The notes below the pieces were generated by a model. It did no database searches, was not told the origin of the DNA, and saw nothing but the letters and a program-made list of their open reading frames with translations. 55,104 nt of DNA from Pseudomonadota bacterium (GTDB lineage Bacteria > Desulfobacterota > JADFVX01): contig JADFVX010000064.1 of assembly GCA_015222755.1 (NCBI GenBank), forward strand, positions 1-55,104, written 5' to 3'. Made by a program: the position numbers and the translations under genes. Shown here piece after piece: positions 8,973 to 18,455 of this stretch (positions are counted from its first letter, which is position 1; the number at the start of each line of letters is the position of its first letter).

Positions 8973-9838
8973 TGGCAGGGGGAAAAAAGAGAAGGGCTCT
9001 TGGAAAAGGGCTTGGGGCACTTTTACCGACAGGCGACGCTGCTGTATCGATTTCGGGGAAACGTGTATTTATGCAATGTCCCATAGAAAAGATCACCCCA
9101 AACCCTTACCAGCCAAGGAAGATTTTTGATGAGACGGCCCTTGCTGAGCTTGTAAGCTCAGTCAAGGAGAAGGGAGTGTTGCAGCCGCTTATAGTCCGCA
9201 GTGCCGGAAATGATTCCTTTGAACTTATAGCGGGTGAAAGGCGCTGGCGGGCGGCACAAAAGGCAGGCCTGAAAGAGGTTCCTGTTGTTATAAAAGATGT
9301 TTCAGACCGCGAAAGCCTTGAAATAGCCATAATTGAAAATATCCAGCGTGCGGAACTAAACCCCGTTGAAGAGGCTGAAGGGTATAAACGTCTTATGGAT
9401 GAATTTTCCTATACACAGGAAGAGCTTGCCGGAAAGGTCGGTAAGGAAAGGGCCACCGTAAGCAATCACCTGCGCATCCTTAAACTGCCTGAAGAGGTCA
9501 AAAAAGATATCGCCGATGGACTGCTGGCTCTGGGACATGCCAAGGCCCTGCTGGGTCTTGAAGGAAATGTTGAAATAATTGAGGCAAAAAATGCGGTTAT
9601 CAAAAAGGGGATGTCTGTCCGTGAGACAGAGGCGCTTGTAAAAAGGACAAGGCAGGGAGGCCGGAAGAAAAAAACTACGGCGACGCCTGATAACGATCTT
9701 GCAGGTCTCGAAGAGCGCCTGAAAAGACATTTCGGGACTAAGGTTCGTATAGCAAGGTCAGGGGAAAAAGGTAAAGTGGAGATAAATTTTTATTCAAATG
9801 AGGAACTTGACCGTCTGATTGAAATTATTGGGGCATAA
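8972..9838 (+). CDS. parB: Chromosome partitioning protein ParB/Spo0J
   Basis: ATG 8972 overlaps the parA TGA (TGATG). ParB box GERRWRAA and an HTH region are present. Confidence 0.92.
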   Translation: MAGGKKRRALGKGLGALLPTGDAAVSISGKRVFMQCPIEKITPNPYQPRKIFDETALAELVSSVKEKGVLQPLIVRSAGNDSFELIAGERRWRAAQKAGLKEVPVVIKDVSDRESLEIAIIENIQRAELNPVEEAEGYKRLMDEFSYTQEELAGKVGKERATVSNHLRILKLPEEVKKDIADGLLALGHAKALLGLEGNVEIIEAKNAVIKKGMSVRETEALVKRTRQGGRKKKTTATPDNDLAGLEERLKRHFGTKVRIARSGEKGKVEINFYSNEELDRLIEIIGA

Positions 9839-9859
9839 TTCAACAAAGGGAGAAAAATT

Positions 9860-10261
9860 ATGGCGAAAAAAGATGCGGTAAGCATAGAGACCGGTGAAAT
9901 CAATGCATTTTTGGGCAAGGGCTCAGAGTTCAATGGAAAGCTGGCCTTTGAAGGTACAGTAAGACTTGATGGCAAGTTTTCCGGGGAGATATTCAGCCCG
10001 GGCATACTGATAATAGGGGAAAGCGCTATAATAAAGGCTGATATCCATGTAAATACAATGATCCTGAGTGGAGAGTTGACAGGAAACATAGATGCAAAAT
10101 CCAGGGTTGAGATACATGCACCGGGGAAGGTATACGGTAATATAGCCTCACCTGTACTGGTCATAGATGAAGGTGTTATATTCGAGGGAAGCTGTACCAT
10201 GAAGTCTTCTGAAGACAAAAAAGTATCAGTCCTTGAGAGAAAGGAAGAGGAAAGGGCATAA
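9860..10261 (+). CDS. Bactofilin (DUF583 polymer-forming cytoskeletal protein)
   Basis: 133 aa with an RBS upstream. It shows the beta-helical repeat pattern G.v.G.i....l.I...a.v.G.i typical of bactofilins. Confidence 0.85.
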   Translation: MAKKDAVSIETGEINAFLGKGSEFNGKLAFEGTVRLDGKFSGEIFSPGILIIGESAIIKADIHVNTMILSGELTGNIDAKSRVEIHAPGKVYGNIASPVLVIDEGVIFEGSCTMKSSEDKKVSVLERKEEERA

Positions 10262-10276
10262 TAGTCTTAGTAGCCA

Positions 10277-11835
10277 GTGCCTGAGATCAGAAAAAACATC
10301 TTCTCCCTGAAAAGGGAAACGGAGAATATACTCGCCGAAGTAGCAGGGGCTCCCTACACCTATGACAGTGTAGAGCAGGGGGCCTCGAAACTTATAGGGC
10401 TGGGAGAAGGAGCCCTTCCCTTTGTAGTGAAATACCTTGAAGGCACCGGGGACTCCTCTACCACAGAAAAGCTCCTGCATCTCATAGAGCTTCTTAACGA
10501 CCATAGTTATACAGACATTCTACGCCGTTTTCTTTACAGGCGTCCCGCCTCCCAGGATATAAAGCTTGAATACCTGGCAACACTGAAAAGCTACGAGACT
10601 CTTCACAATAGCGACCTTCAGCATTTTTTTGAAAATACGGAAACCACCTTTTTTGCCTGGGTGGAAAGGTCCTCGTCGACTACCATGACAGGGAGTTCAG
10701 GGCCATCTCTCTGCTGGAAGAATTCCTTACAGGAGGGGAGGGGAAGGCAGGCCTTTTAAAGACCTTAGTTGAAAGATCCGGGAAGAAAGCCATACCTCTG
10801 CTGTCAGATCTTGCATATAGCGACAATAAAGAAGTGGCCAATGCATCCATAACTGAACTCGGGAGAATGGGCGCTCCTGCGGCAATCGCAGAGCTAAAGG
10901 AAATATGTGCATATTCATGGCACGGTGAATCGGCAAATCAGGCCCAAAGGGCACTTCGCAGGCGTGCTTTTTCAGGGATTGATGATTCGAATATAGCTGC
11001 CGGCCCACCTTCAGACCTTTCTCCAGAGCGCTGCGAGGTCTTTATCAGCCCCGTGGACAGTCAGGGAGATGCTACACTTTGCCTTATTGTGGAAGGAAAG
11101 GATGAAAGGTCAGAAGCCCTTTGTATAACATACAATGATGAGGTGGGTATTATAGATGCCTATGGATCAAGGCGGATCAAAAAAAAGGAAATATTACAGA
11201 TGATTGATGAGATTAAGACTGAAGAGGCGGCCTTTGTTCAGGTAGATTCAGACTACTTCCTTCAGCTTCTCAACAATGCGCTCTCTCTCAACGAAAAGTA
11301 TGATTTTCCACTCCCGCTGGAGCTTTGTTACCGCAAGGATATGCTTAAGGGCCACCTTGCTCCAAGCCCGTTTACACCCGGCTTCCGCCTATCCCTGCTC
11401 CGCAGAATAAGGAAGGACTCTTCGCTACTAAAAAGAGGGGCCGAGATTCTTGAGAAAGACGCCTTTGCAGAGTGGCCCCTGTCTTCTTACTCCTCCTTTG
11501 ACTATGCAGAACAGTGGATTTATACTAAAGTGGGAAGGCCCCTTTCCCTAATGGACAATGCCTGCATCAAGCAGTTTAGCCTTGAGGTATTACTACCGAA
11601 TAAAGGATTGATAAGTAAAAGGCTCACATTTGCAGCGTATTTCCTTGAAAAAATGGGAGATATTGACGGCGTAGAGCTGAGTCTTGCATCTGCACTTGAG
11701 TTGCACTCAAAGAGGGGCAGACAATTTATAGAAATACCCTTCATAAAGGAACTTGCCAAAAAGAGCATTGAATACTGCGCCACACAAATAAGCGAGGGCA
11801 GTGACCCTAGAGAATACTATGAAGACATCGACTAA
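10277..11835 (+). pseudogene. HEAT/PBS-lyase-like repeat protein split by a single-base frameshift near 10633-10669 (ORFs 10277-10759 and 10834-11835)
   Basis: The second ORF frame is open and protein-like from 10633 (…VLVDYHDREFRAISLLEEFL…KAIPLLSDLAYSDNKEVANASITELGRMG…). It has no ATG/GTG/TTG before 10834. The upstream ORF turns into low-quality sequence (SSSTTMTGSSGPSLCW) after about 10665. Confidence 0.5.
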
Positions 11836-12847
11836 AAAGGCTAAAATCCTGGACCTAAATATTGGACTACCCTACATAACTTCACTTGAAGAAAGGGTTT
11901 TAAGTGGCGGGGTTGTCAGCGAGGATGAAGCGCTTTCTCTTATAAGGCTGGAGGGAGAAGATATCTATAACCTTATGGCCTCTGCCAACAGGATCAGGAA
12001 CCACTTCAAGGGAAACAGCGTAAACCTCTGCTCCATTGTAAATGCCAAATCGGGGCTTTGCCCTGAGGATTGCTCCTTTTGCGGCCAGTCGGCGCATTTT
12101 GAGACGAAGGCCCCTGTTTATGACATGATCGAACCGGAGAAAATTATCGCGGCAGCTAGAAAAGCGAAGGAGATGAAATCCCGCGAGTTCAGCATCGTTA
12201 CCAGCGGTAAGGCCGTAGAAGAGGGAGAAGAACTGGAAAGGCTCTGCACTGCGCTGGAGCAGATTAAAAGTGAGGGAGGCCTGGAAAGATGCGCCTCCCT
12301 TGGGATCATGTCCAGGGAGTCCCTTGTAAAGCTAAAAGATGCAGGGCTGGAAAGTTTCCACCACAACCTTGAGACGGCGCGGAGCTTCTTCCCTAATATC
12401 TGCAGCACCCATGAATATGAAGACGATGTAAATACGATCCGCATGGCGAAGGAGGTCGGCTTCGAGACCTGCTGCGGCGGCATATTCGGTCTTGGCGAAT
12501 CTCTGGAGCAGCGGGTAGAGATGGCACTTACCCTTCGCGACATCGATGTCGACTCCATACCCCTTAACTTCCTGAACCCCATCAAGGGAACGGCGCTGGA
12601 AAATCGCCCCACAGTTCCCCCGATGGAGGGCCTGAAGACCATTGCCGTCTACCGCTTTCTTCTGCCTGAAAAAGATATCATCGTCTCAGGCGGTAGGGAG
12701 GTAACCTTCCGTGACCTGCAGCCCATGATCTTCACCGCCGGTGCAAACGGCACACTGATAGGTAACTACCTGACGACGCAAGGCTCGGAACCTGAGCGGG
12801 TTCTGACCATGATCCGTGACCTCGGCCTTGAGCCGGCGGGCTACTGA
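11819..12847 (+). CDS. bioB: Biotin synthase (radical SAM)
   Basis: The CPEDCSFCGQS (CxxxCxxC) cluster and BioB-like length are present. The start is ambiguous between GTG 11801 and ATG 11819. Confidence 0.88.
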   Translation: MKTSTKKAKILDLNIGLPYITSLEERVLSGGVVSEDEALSLIRLEGEDIYNLMASANRIRNHFKGNSVNLCSIVNAKSGLCPEDCSFCGQSAHFETKAPVYDMIEPEKIIAAARKAKEMKSREFSIVTSGKAVEEGEELERLCTALEQIKSEGGLERCASLGIMSRESLVKLKDAGLESFHHNLETARSFFPNICSTHEYEDDVNTIRMAKEVGFETCCGGIFGLGESLEQRVEMALTLRDIDVDSIPLNFLNPIKGTALENRPTVPPMEGLKTIAVYRFLLPEKDIIVSGGREVTFRDLQPMIFTAGANGTLIGNYLTTQGSEPERVLTMIRDLGLEPAGY

Positions 12848-13065
12848 GGTAGGATCTATTTAGTCGCTTGGGGTTGAATTTCCCGTAGCTTGCCAGAGCA
12901 TGTCATTCCCGGCTTGGTCGGAAATCCAGAGATCAAATCCCCCCTAGCCCCTTTTTGCTAAAGAAGGGGCTGTGTGAAAATCATATCTAATCTGCTTTTA
13001 TCCGCACCCTGTCGGGCATAAGTTCTACTAACCTTCGCAATTGCTTAGAAAGTAGAGCTTTATGT

Positions 13066-13524
13066 CTATTTTCTTCCCAGCACACGCAGCTTGGCGTCTA
13101 TCATCTCGCGGTGTCTCAGGTTAAGAAGGTTTGCAATCTTTTTAACAAGGTAGTCTTCATGCTTATCCAGTTTTCCATCGGCATAAATGACGCGCCATAC
13201 AAGCTCCATCAGCTTGATCTTTTCATCAGGACTATAGTTAGTATTTATGAGGCTGGTAAACTGCCAAAGATCGACACTCGCCTTTAGTTCCAGTTCCGCC
13301 ATTTCCACCAGTTCCTGCGCAACTTCATCTGCAAGGCCGAACTCTTTTTTCAAAAGGGAGATTATGCGCTCGCCTTCCTCTTCACTGAATTCATCATCCA
13401 CCCTGGCCATCTCTACAAGGAGCGCCGATGCGGCCACTTGTATCCGCCTGTCGGCATCCGGGCCGGCTTCAAGGCCTTCCTCGGAAATGTTTTTGTTGAA
13501 AAAATCCTTTATTTTGTCAATCAA
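13066..13524 (-). CDS. TerB-family (tellurite-resistance TerB / DjlA N-terminal-like) protein
   Basis: 152 aa, helical. It carries the paired motifs VEMARVDDEFSEEE and VIYADGKLDKHE typical of TerB domains. A 4-nt overlap links it to rmuC. Confidence 0.7.
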   Translation of the reverse strand: MIDKIKDFFNKNISEEGLEAGPDADRRIQVAASALLVEMARVDDEFSEEEGERIISLLKKEFGLADEVAQELVEMAELELKASVDLWQFTSLINTNYSPDEKIKLMELVWRVIYADGKLDKHEDYLVKKIANLLNLRHREMIDAKLRVLGRK

Positions 13525-14921
13525 TTTGCTTCCTCCACATCTTCTATTAGTTTTTCTTCCCCGGTAGCACTATCGGTGAGTTGCTCAGAAAGCACCTTCT
13601 TTGTTTTGACTCCAAGCTTCCTTATATCCTCCGTCCTTTTTATCAGGTTTCCCTTCCCCCTGGATAGACGGTCAAATGCTGTAGTATAGGATTCTTTAGC
13701 TCTGTCAATATTCTTCCCGACATTTTCAAGAGAATCGACAAAGCCATGAAACTTGTCATAGAGATCGCCCGCCTTTTTGGCTATCTCCTTTGCGTTCTGG
13801 GTCTGCTGCTCGTAGCGCCAGATATTATGAATCGTCTTAAGAGTGACAAGGAGTGTGCTGGGTGACACAATGACGATGTTCTTGTCAAATGCCTCGCTGA
13901 ACACTTCCCTGTCGTTTTCTATGGCCGTCATGAATGCAGGCTCTATCGGTATAAACATGAGGACATAGTCGAGGCAGCGGATCTCATCAAGGTCTTCGTA
14001 ATTCTTTCCACTTAATTCTCTTATATGGTTCCTGATACTGGCTATATGCTCCTTCAGGGCAGTAGATTTTTGTGCTTCATCTTCGGCAGACTGGTAGCGT
14101 TCATAGGCGACAAGGCTCACCTTTGAATCAACTACTACATCCCTGTTATCAGGAAGCCGCACGATTGCATCGGGCCTCTTCCTGCCGCCTTCATCATCCT
14201 TGAATGTCAGTTGTGTTTCGTACTCGTGCCCCTTGCGAAGACCCGACTCCTCAAAGACCCTGTCCAGAACCACCTCACCCCAGGTGCCCTGTGTCTTTAC
14301 ATCACCCTTCAAGGCATGGGTAAGGTTGACGGCATCCTTGCTTATCTGCTCATTCAGGTCCTTCAGGCTTTTTACCTGCTCGTAAAGAGCGGTCCTGTCT
14401 TTAGACTCCTTCAGGTAAACATCTTCAACCTTGCTCTTAAAATCTGAAAGCTGGGTCTTTAAGGGGTTGAGTATGGCGTCTATATTTTCCTTGTTCTTTA
14501 TGGTGAATTTACTGCTATTTTCTTCAAATATCCTGTTTGACAGATTTTCAAAGGCTGCCTTCAGCTTATCTTCCGCCTCGTTCAGCATCCTGAATTTTTC
14601 TTTAGACTCTACAAGGGAGGTCTCCAGTGCAGAGACCTCTTTTTCAAGAGCTGTATTTGTTTCAGCCAAAACGTCGTTCTTTGACCTTGCCCCTGCAAGC
14701 TCTCCCTCAAGTTTAAGACCCTGCGAGACCTTTTCTTCAAGCCTTGCATTTTTATAGCGCAGGTCGTCCCTTTCTTCAGTGAGAGTTTTTTCCTTATCTC
14801 TCGACTCATCCAACTGTTTTTCATATATAGAGGACTTGCCCTTGAGGAGTATCTGAGAAAAAATATAACCCGCTGCAAGGCCGGCTATTAAAGCTATTAT
14901 TCCTAGCGTAATTATTTCCAT
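13521..14921 (-). CDS. rmuC: DNA recombination protein RmuC
   Basis: ATG 14921 has GGAG upstream. It has an N-terminal TM segment, a long coiled coil and a conserved RmuC C-terminal nuclease-like region (RPDAIVRLP...VDSK). Confidence 0.88.
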   Translation of the reverse strand: MEIITLGIIALIAGLAAGYIFSQILLKGKSSIYEKQLDESRDKEKTLTEERDDLRYKNARLEEKVSQGLKLEGELAGARSKNDVLAETNTALEKEVSALETSLVESKEKFRMLNEAEDKLKAAFENLSNRIFEENSSKFTIKNKENIDAILNPLKTQLSDFKSKVEDVYLKESKDRTALYEQVKSLKDLNEQISKDAVNLTHALKGDVKTQGTWGEVVLDRVFEESGLRKGHEYETQLTFKDDEGGRKRPDAIVRLPDNRDVVVDSKVSLVAYERYQSAEDEAQKSTALKEHIASIRNHIRELSGKNYEDLDEIRCLDYVLMFIPIEPAFMTAIENDREVFSEAFDKNIVIVSPSTLLVTLKTIHNIWRYEQQTQNAKEIAKKAGDLYDKFHGFVDSLENVGKNIDRAKESYTTAFDRLSRGKGNLIKRTEDIRKLGVKTKKVLSEQLTDSATGEEKLIEDVEEAN

Positions 14922-14923
14922 GA

Positions 14924-16267
14924 CTACTCCTTCTCTATCCCCAGTTCCTTCATCTTGCGCCATAGAGTAGTCCGGCTTATCTTCAGGCGCCTGGCGCAGG
15001 CCTGCAATTTCCAGCCGCTCTCCTCAAGGGCGCGAAGGATGGTCTCTCTCTCCAGCTCCTTTAAAGGCTCCTCACTATCCATGGCCCTGCCTATCATGTC
15101 TACACTCTGAAGCTCCTTCGGCAGGTGTTCCGGCGTAATGGTCTTTCCCCGGCACCTGACAAAGGCGTGTTCTATAATATGCTCCAGCTCTCGTATATTG
15201 CCGGGGTAGCTGTAATCCATAAGCAGTTCAAGGGCACGGGGCGAGAGATTGTTTACTTCCATGTTCATCTCTTTGTTGAATTTTGCAAGAAAGTGCTTGA
15301 CCAGAAGGGGTATGTCATCTTTCCGTTCACGCAGAGGTGGCAGTACAATGGGCACTACCTTCAGGCGGTAGTAAAGGTCCTCTCTGAACTCACCTGACTC
15401 GACGGCCTCTTTGAGGTTCTTGTTTGTTGCCGCCACAAGCCGCACATCCACCTTGAGAGGATTTGTTCCGCCCACCCTCTCAAACTCTCCTTCCTGTAGC
15501 ACGCGCAACAGCTTTACCTGCGTCTGCAGGCTTATTTCCCCTATCTCGTCGAGAAAGAGTGTCCCGTTATGTGCCAGTTCAAAACGCCCCGGCTTGTCCG
15601 CTATGGCCCCCGTAAAGGCACCCTTCACATGGCCGAAGAGTTCGCTTTCCAAGACTCCTTCTGCGAGGGCAGCACAGTTGAGCTTTATGAAAGGCTTAGA
15701 TGCACGGGGTGAATTGTGGTGGATTGCATTGGCGATAAGTTCCTTGCCGGTACCGCTTTCCCCTTCAATAAGTACGCTTGATTTTGTGGGTGCCACTTCA
15801 TGGAGCAGTTCATAGACTTCATGCATACGGTAGTTTTTACCGATAACGTTTTTAAGGGCATAGCGGTCTTTTAGTTCGCTTTTGAGTTCATTTATTAGTG
15901 TTACATCGCGGAATATCTCGGCGCCGCCAACTATCTTGCCGTCCTGGTCCTTGATTACGGCCGTATTGATGCTAAGGGTGACCTTTTTATCCCCCCGGCC
16001 CAGTACAGCCTCATAATTATATATATGCTCCCCCGTCTTGATGGTGTTCATCACAAGGCAGCCCATAGAACATGCAGAATGACCCACCACATCCCTGCAG
16101 TTTTCACCACAGACGATATCACTCTCACCTGTCCGGCCAAGTATCTCCCTCGCGGCATGGTTCATAAACAGCACCTTATGGTCCAGGCCCAGGACTACGA
16201 CACCATCGGCAATACCGTTAAGTATTGCGTCGCTGTTCAGGCTGGTTAATATTTCTCCCTTGTCCAT
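14924..16267 (-). CDS. Sigma-54-dependent transcriptional activator (PAS sensor + AAA+ + Fis HTH), no receiver domain
   Basis: ATG 16267 is preceded by AAGGAG. Motifs seen: Walker A GESGTGKE, GAFTGA loop, C-terminal Fis-type HTH. The PAS-like N-terminus carries 4 Cys. Confidence 0.9.
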   Translation of the reverse strand: MDKGEILTSLNSDAILNGIADGVVVLGLDHKVLFMNHAAREILGRTGESDIVCGENCRDVVGHSACSMGCLVMNTIKTGEHIYNYEAVLGRGDKKVTLSINTAVIKDQDGKIVGGAEIFRDVTLINELKSELKDRYALKNVIGKNYRMHEVYELLHEVAPTKSSVLIEGESGTGKELIANAIHHNSPRASKPFIKLNCAALAEGVLESELFGHVKGAFTGAIADKPGRFELAHNGTLFLDEIGEISLQTQVKLLRVLQEGEFERVGGTNPLKVDVRLVAATNKNLKEAVESGEFREDLYYRLKVVPIVLPPLRERKDDIPLLVKHFLAKFNKEMNMEVNNLSPRALELLMDYSYPGNIRELEHIIEHAFVRCRGKTITPEHLPKELQSVDMIGRAMDSEEPLKELERETILRALEESGWKLQACARRLKISRTTLWRKMKELGIEKE

Positions 16268-16295
16268 CTTATCTCCTTGAGTGGGATTATACCTG

Positions 16296-16334
16296 TCAAT
16301 ACACAATGTTTCAATATGAAACATTGTGTATTGA
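16296..16334. promoter_or_regulatory. Perfect 17-bp inverted repeat (TCAATACACAATGTTTC-AATAT-GAAACATTGTGTATTGA) upstream of the sigma-54 activator gene
   Basis: Read directly from the sequence. It lies 29-67 nt upstream of ATG 16267 on the minus strand. The function (operator or 5-prime UTR hairpin) is inferred. Confidence 0.6.
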
Positions 16335-16596
16335 TATATCGTAGGGTCCATATCTTGAAATAACCTGCTCAAGGGACTACGATGTTTTTTTGGGCGGGGT
16401 CGGGCCGGAATATTGTTGTGCAAGTAAAGAGTTGTTGCCATGGTTTTGCTGGAGCGTGGGAAGCATCCCTCCTTTAGCTATTGGGGCTGACCCTATTTTC
16501 TTCCCATGTTCAAGTTGCAAAATAAAAGAGAAGCGCAGCCTTTCTTCCCCTTATTTTCTTCAAAGATATTTAAAAAGTGGGTATGCATTTCTATGC

Positions 16597-16625
16597 CCGA
16601 CAGATATGCACCCCAGGGATATAAT
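16597..16625 (+). promoter_or_regulatory. Candidate sigma-70-type promoter for the L,D-transpeptidase gene (CCGACA-17 nt-TATAAT)
   Basis: A perfect -10 hexamer lies at 16620-16625 and a 4/6 -35 at 16597-16602. It is about 60 nt upstream of ATG 16689. Confidence 0.3.
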
Positions 16626-16688
16626 CCTGTCTATTCCTGTCTAACTTACCGGAAGTCTGATATATTCTTTTAGAGGAGATATCTATCC

Positions 16689-18383
16689 ATGCGACCCATC
16701 AACTTAATAAAGAGAGGGAAGGCTGCAATCGCGGGGCTCTCCCTTTTTGCCCTTACGGCGGGGAGCGCACTGTGCGCCACCCCGGATGATGTGGGACTGC
16801 TCATCGAGGCACAGCTCGGTGAAGCCGGAAGGCAGATACCGGTATTGGTGGAGGGGGAGCAGACCCCCCTCTCCACGATGCGAAACCTCTTTTACAGGGG
16901 ACGGGCATTCCGCCCCGCGTGGAGCAGCGGACATCGCCCCACCCTGCAGGCGGAACAGCTCCTCGATGCAATAGGGGAGGCCGAAATGGACGGGCTGAGG
17001 GCCGAATTCTACAAGGCAGCTGAGATCAAAGCGCTCATCGCCAAGCTGGATCTTGCGGTGAGTAGCGGGAGACTAGCAGACACCGATAGCCTTGCCGGGC
17101 TCGACCTTCTGCTTACCGAATCCTTTCTCAGATATTCCTACGACCTCATTGCCGGCCGCGTCAACCCCGCAACGATCGAAGGGGAGTGGGCCGATAATAC
17201 CTGGGAGACAGACCTTCACAGGACCCTCGAAAAGGCGATAAGGTCCGGTAATCTCAAGGAGCTCATAAGCTCCCTCCCTCCGCCGCACCCAGGCTACGAG
17301 GAACTGAAGGCTGAACTCGCCACCTATCGGGAGATAGCACAGAGGGGTGGATGGCCTGGCATACCGACGGGCCGGCTTATGGCTGAAGGGAGCCGTGGGA
17401 GGCGGGTTGCCCTGCTGAAGGAGCGTCTCATCGTGACGGGTGACCTCTATCCCGAGAACGAGGGGACCAGCAGGCTTTTCGACGACTCCCTAAGCGATAA
17501 TGTGGCCTGGTTCCAGGCGAGGCACGGACTTGAGGCGGACGGCATCGTGGGAGAGATGACACTTGAGGCGCTTAACGTGCCGGTGGAGGAGCGTATACGT
17601 CAGATGGAGCTGAACCTTGAAAGGTGGCGGTGGCTCCCCTACGACTTCGGAGAGCGTTACATCATGGTCAACAGTGCAGATTTCAGCCTCTCCGTCTTTG
17701 ATAAGCGGGAAGAGGTGATGACGATGCGGATCATTGTGGGAAAGCCCTTTTGGCACACGCCAAGCTTCAGTTCAACGATGACCCGCCTCATATTCAACCC
17801 CTCTTGGACCGCCACACCGGCCATCGTTGTGGAAGACCTTCTGCCGAAGGTGATGGAAGATCACGGCTACCTTGAAAGACTGGGCTTTGTCGTCTACAGG
17901 GGGTGGGGGAAGGATGCCGAGGAGGTGGACCCTTACAAAGTGGACTGGCGGGAGGTCAAAGAGGAGGAGCTGGACTACAGGTTCACCCAGCTGCCTGGCC
18001 CGCTAAATCCACTGGGGAGGCTTAAGTTCATCTTCCAAAACCCCTTCGACGTCTACATGCACGACACTACAAGGAAGGACTATTTTTTTGAGCCGGTACG
18101 CACCTTCAGTCACGGCTGTATCCGCCTGGAGGAGCCATTCATGCTGGCTAAATACCTCCTGGGTGACAAGCCGGGATGGACCTCTGATAAGATCGTCGAG
18201 GCGGTTGAGAGTGGAGAGAAACTGACGGTGCAGCTACCGGGGGATGTCGAGGTGCACCTGCTCTACTGGACCGCATGGGTAGATGTCGAGGGGACTCTCC
18301 AGTTCAGAAGCGACATATACGACCGTGACAGCCAGCTAAATGAGGCCCTACTTGGAGAGATCACCCATGAAGACTTGCCTTAA
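16689..18383 (+). CDS. L,D-transpeptidase, YcbB/LdtD-like (PG-binding domain + YkuD domain)
   Basis: 564 aa with a signal peptide. It has the PG-binding motif (LEADGIVGEMTLEAL) and the YkuD catalytic motif HDT...SHGCIRL. Confidence 0.85.
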   Translation: MRPINLIKRGKAAIAGLSLFALTAGSALCATPDDVGLLIEAQLGEAGRQIPVLVEGEQTPLSTMRNLFYRGRAFRPAWSSGHRPTLQAEQLLDAIGEAEMDGLRAEFYKAAEIKALIAKLDLAVSSGRLADTDSLAGLDLLLTESFLRYSYDLIAGRVNPATIEGEWADNTWETDLHRTLEKAIRSGNLKELISSLPPPHPGYEELKAELATYREIAQRGGWPGIPTGRLMAEGSRGRRVALLKERLIVTGDLYPENEGTSRLFDDSLSDNVAWFQARHGLEADGIVGEMTLEALNVPVEERIRQMELNLERWRWLPYDFGERYIMVNSADFSLSVFDKREEVMTMRIIVGKPFWHTPSFSSTMTRLIFNPSWTATPAIVVEDLLPKVMEDHGYLERLGFVVYRGWGKDAEEVDPYKVDWREVKEEELDYRFTQLPGPLNPLGRLKFIFQNPFDVYMHDTTRKDYFFEPVRTFSHGCIRLEEPFMLAKYLLGDKPGWTSDKIVEAVESGEKLTVQLPGDVEVHLLYWTAWVDVEGTLQFRSDIYDRDSQLNEALLGEITHEDLP

Positions 18384-18455
18384 GGGTTAAAGGTGTTTAA
18401 AATAGAGAATATTTTTGGAACTTAATAGGGACCTGCGACCTCTAACTCACCAGCT

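Noticed and set aside
12890-12960. tRNA-like or att-like sequence (…GAGATCAAATCCCCCC…), an ATTCCCGG…CGGAAAT imperfect inverted repeat, and an 8-bp hairpin AGCCCCTT/AAGGGGCT between bioB and terB
   Set aside because: I could not build a T-arm or acceptor stem by eye. The hairpin lacks a U-tract on either strand. At most it is a weak convergent-gene terminator.
16401-16418. Sigma-54-like promoter candidate (GGGCCGGAATATTGTT) between the activator gene and the L,D-transpeptidase gene
   Set aside because: The GG/-12 spacing fits, but the -12 element is TTGT rather than TTGC and the -24 element is poor. It also lies about 270 nt from the nearest start codon.
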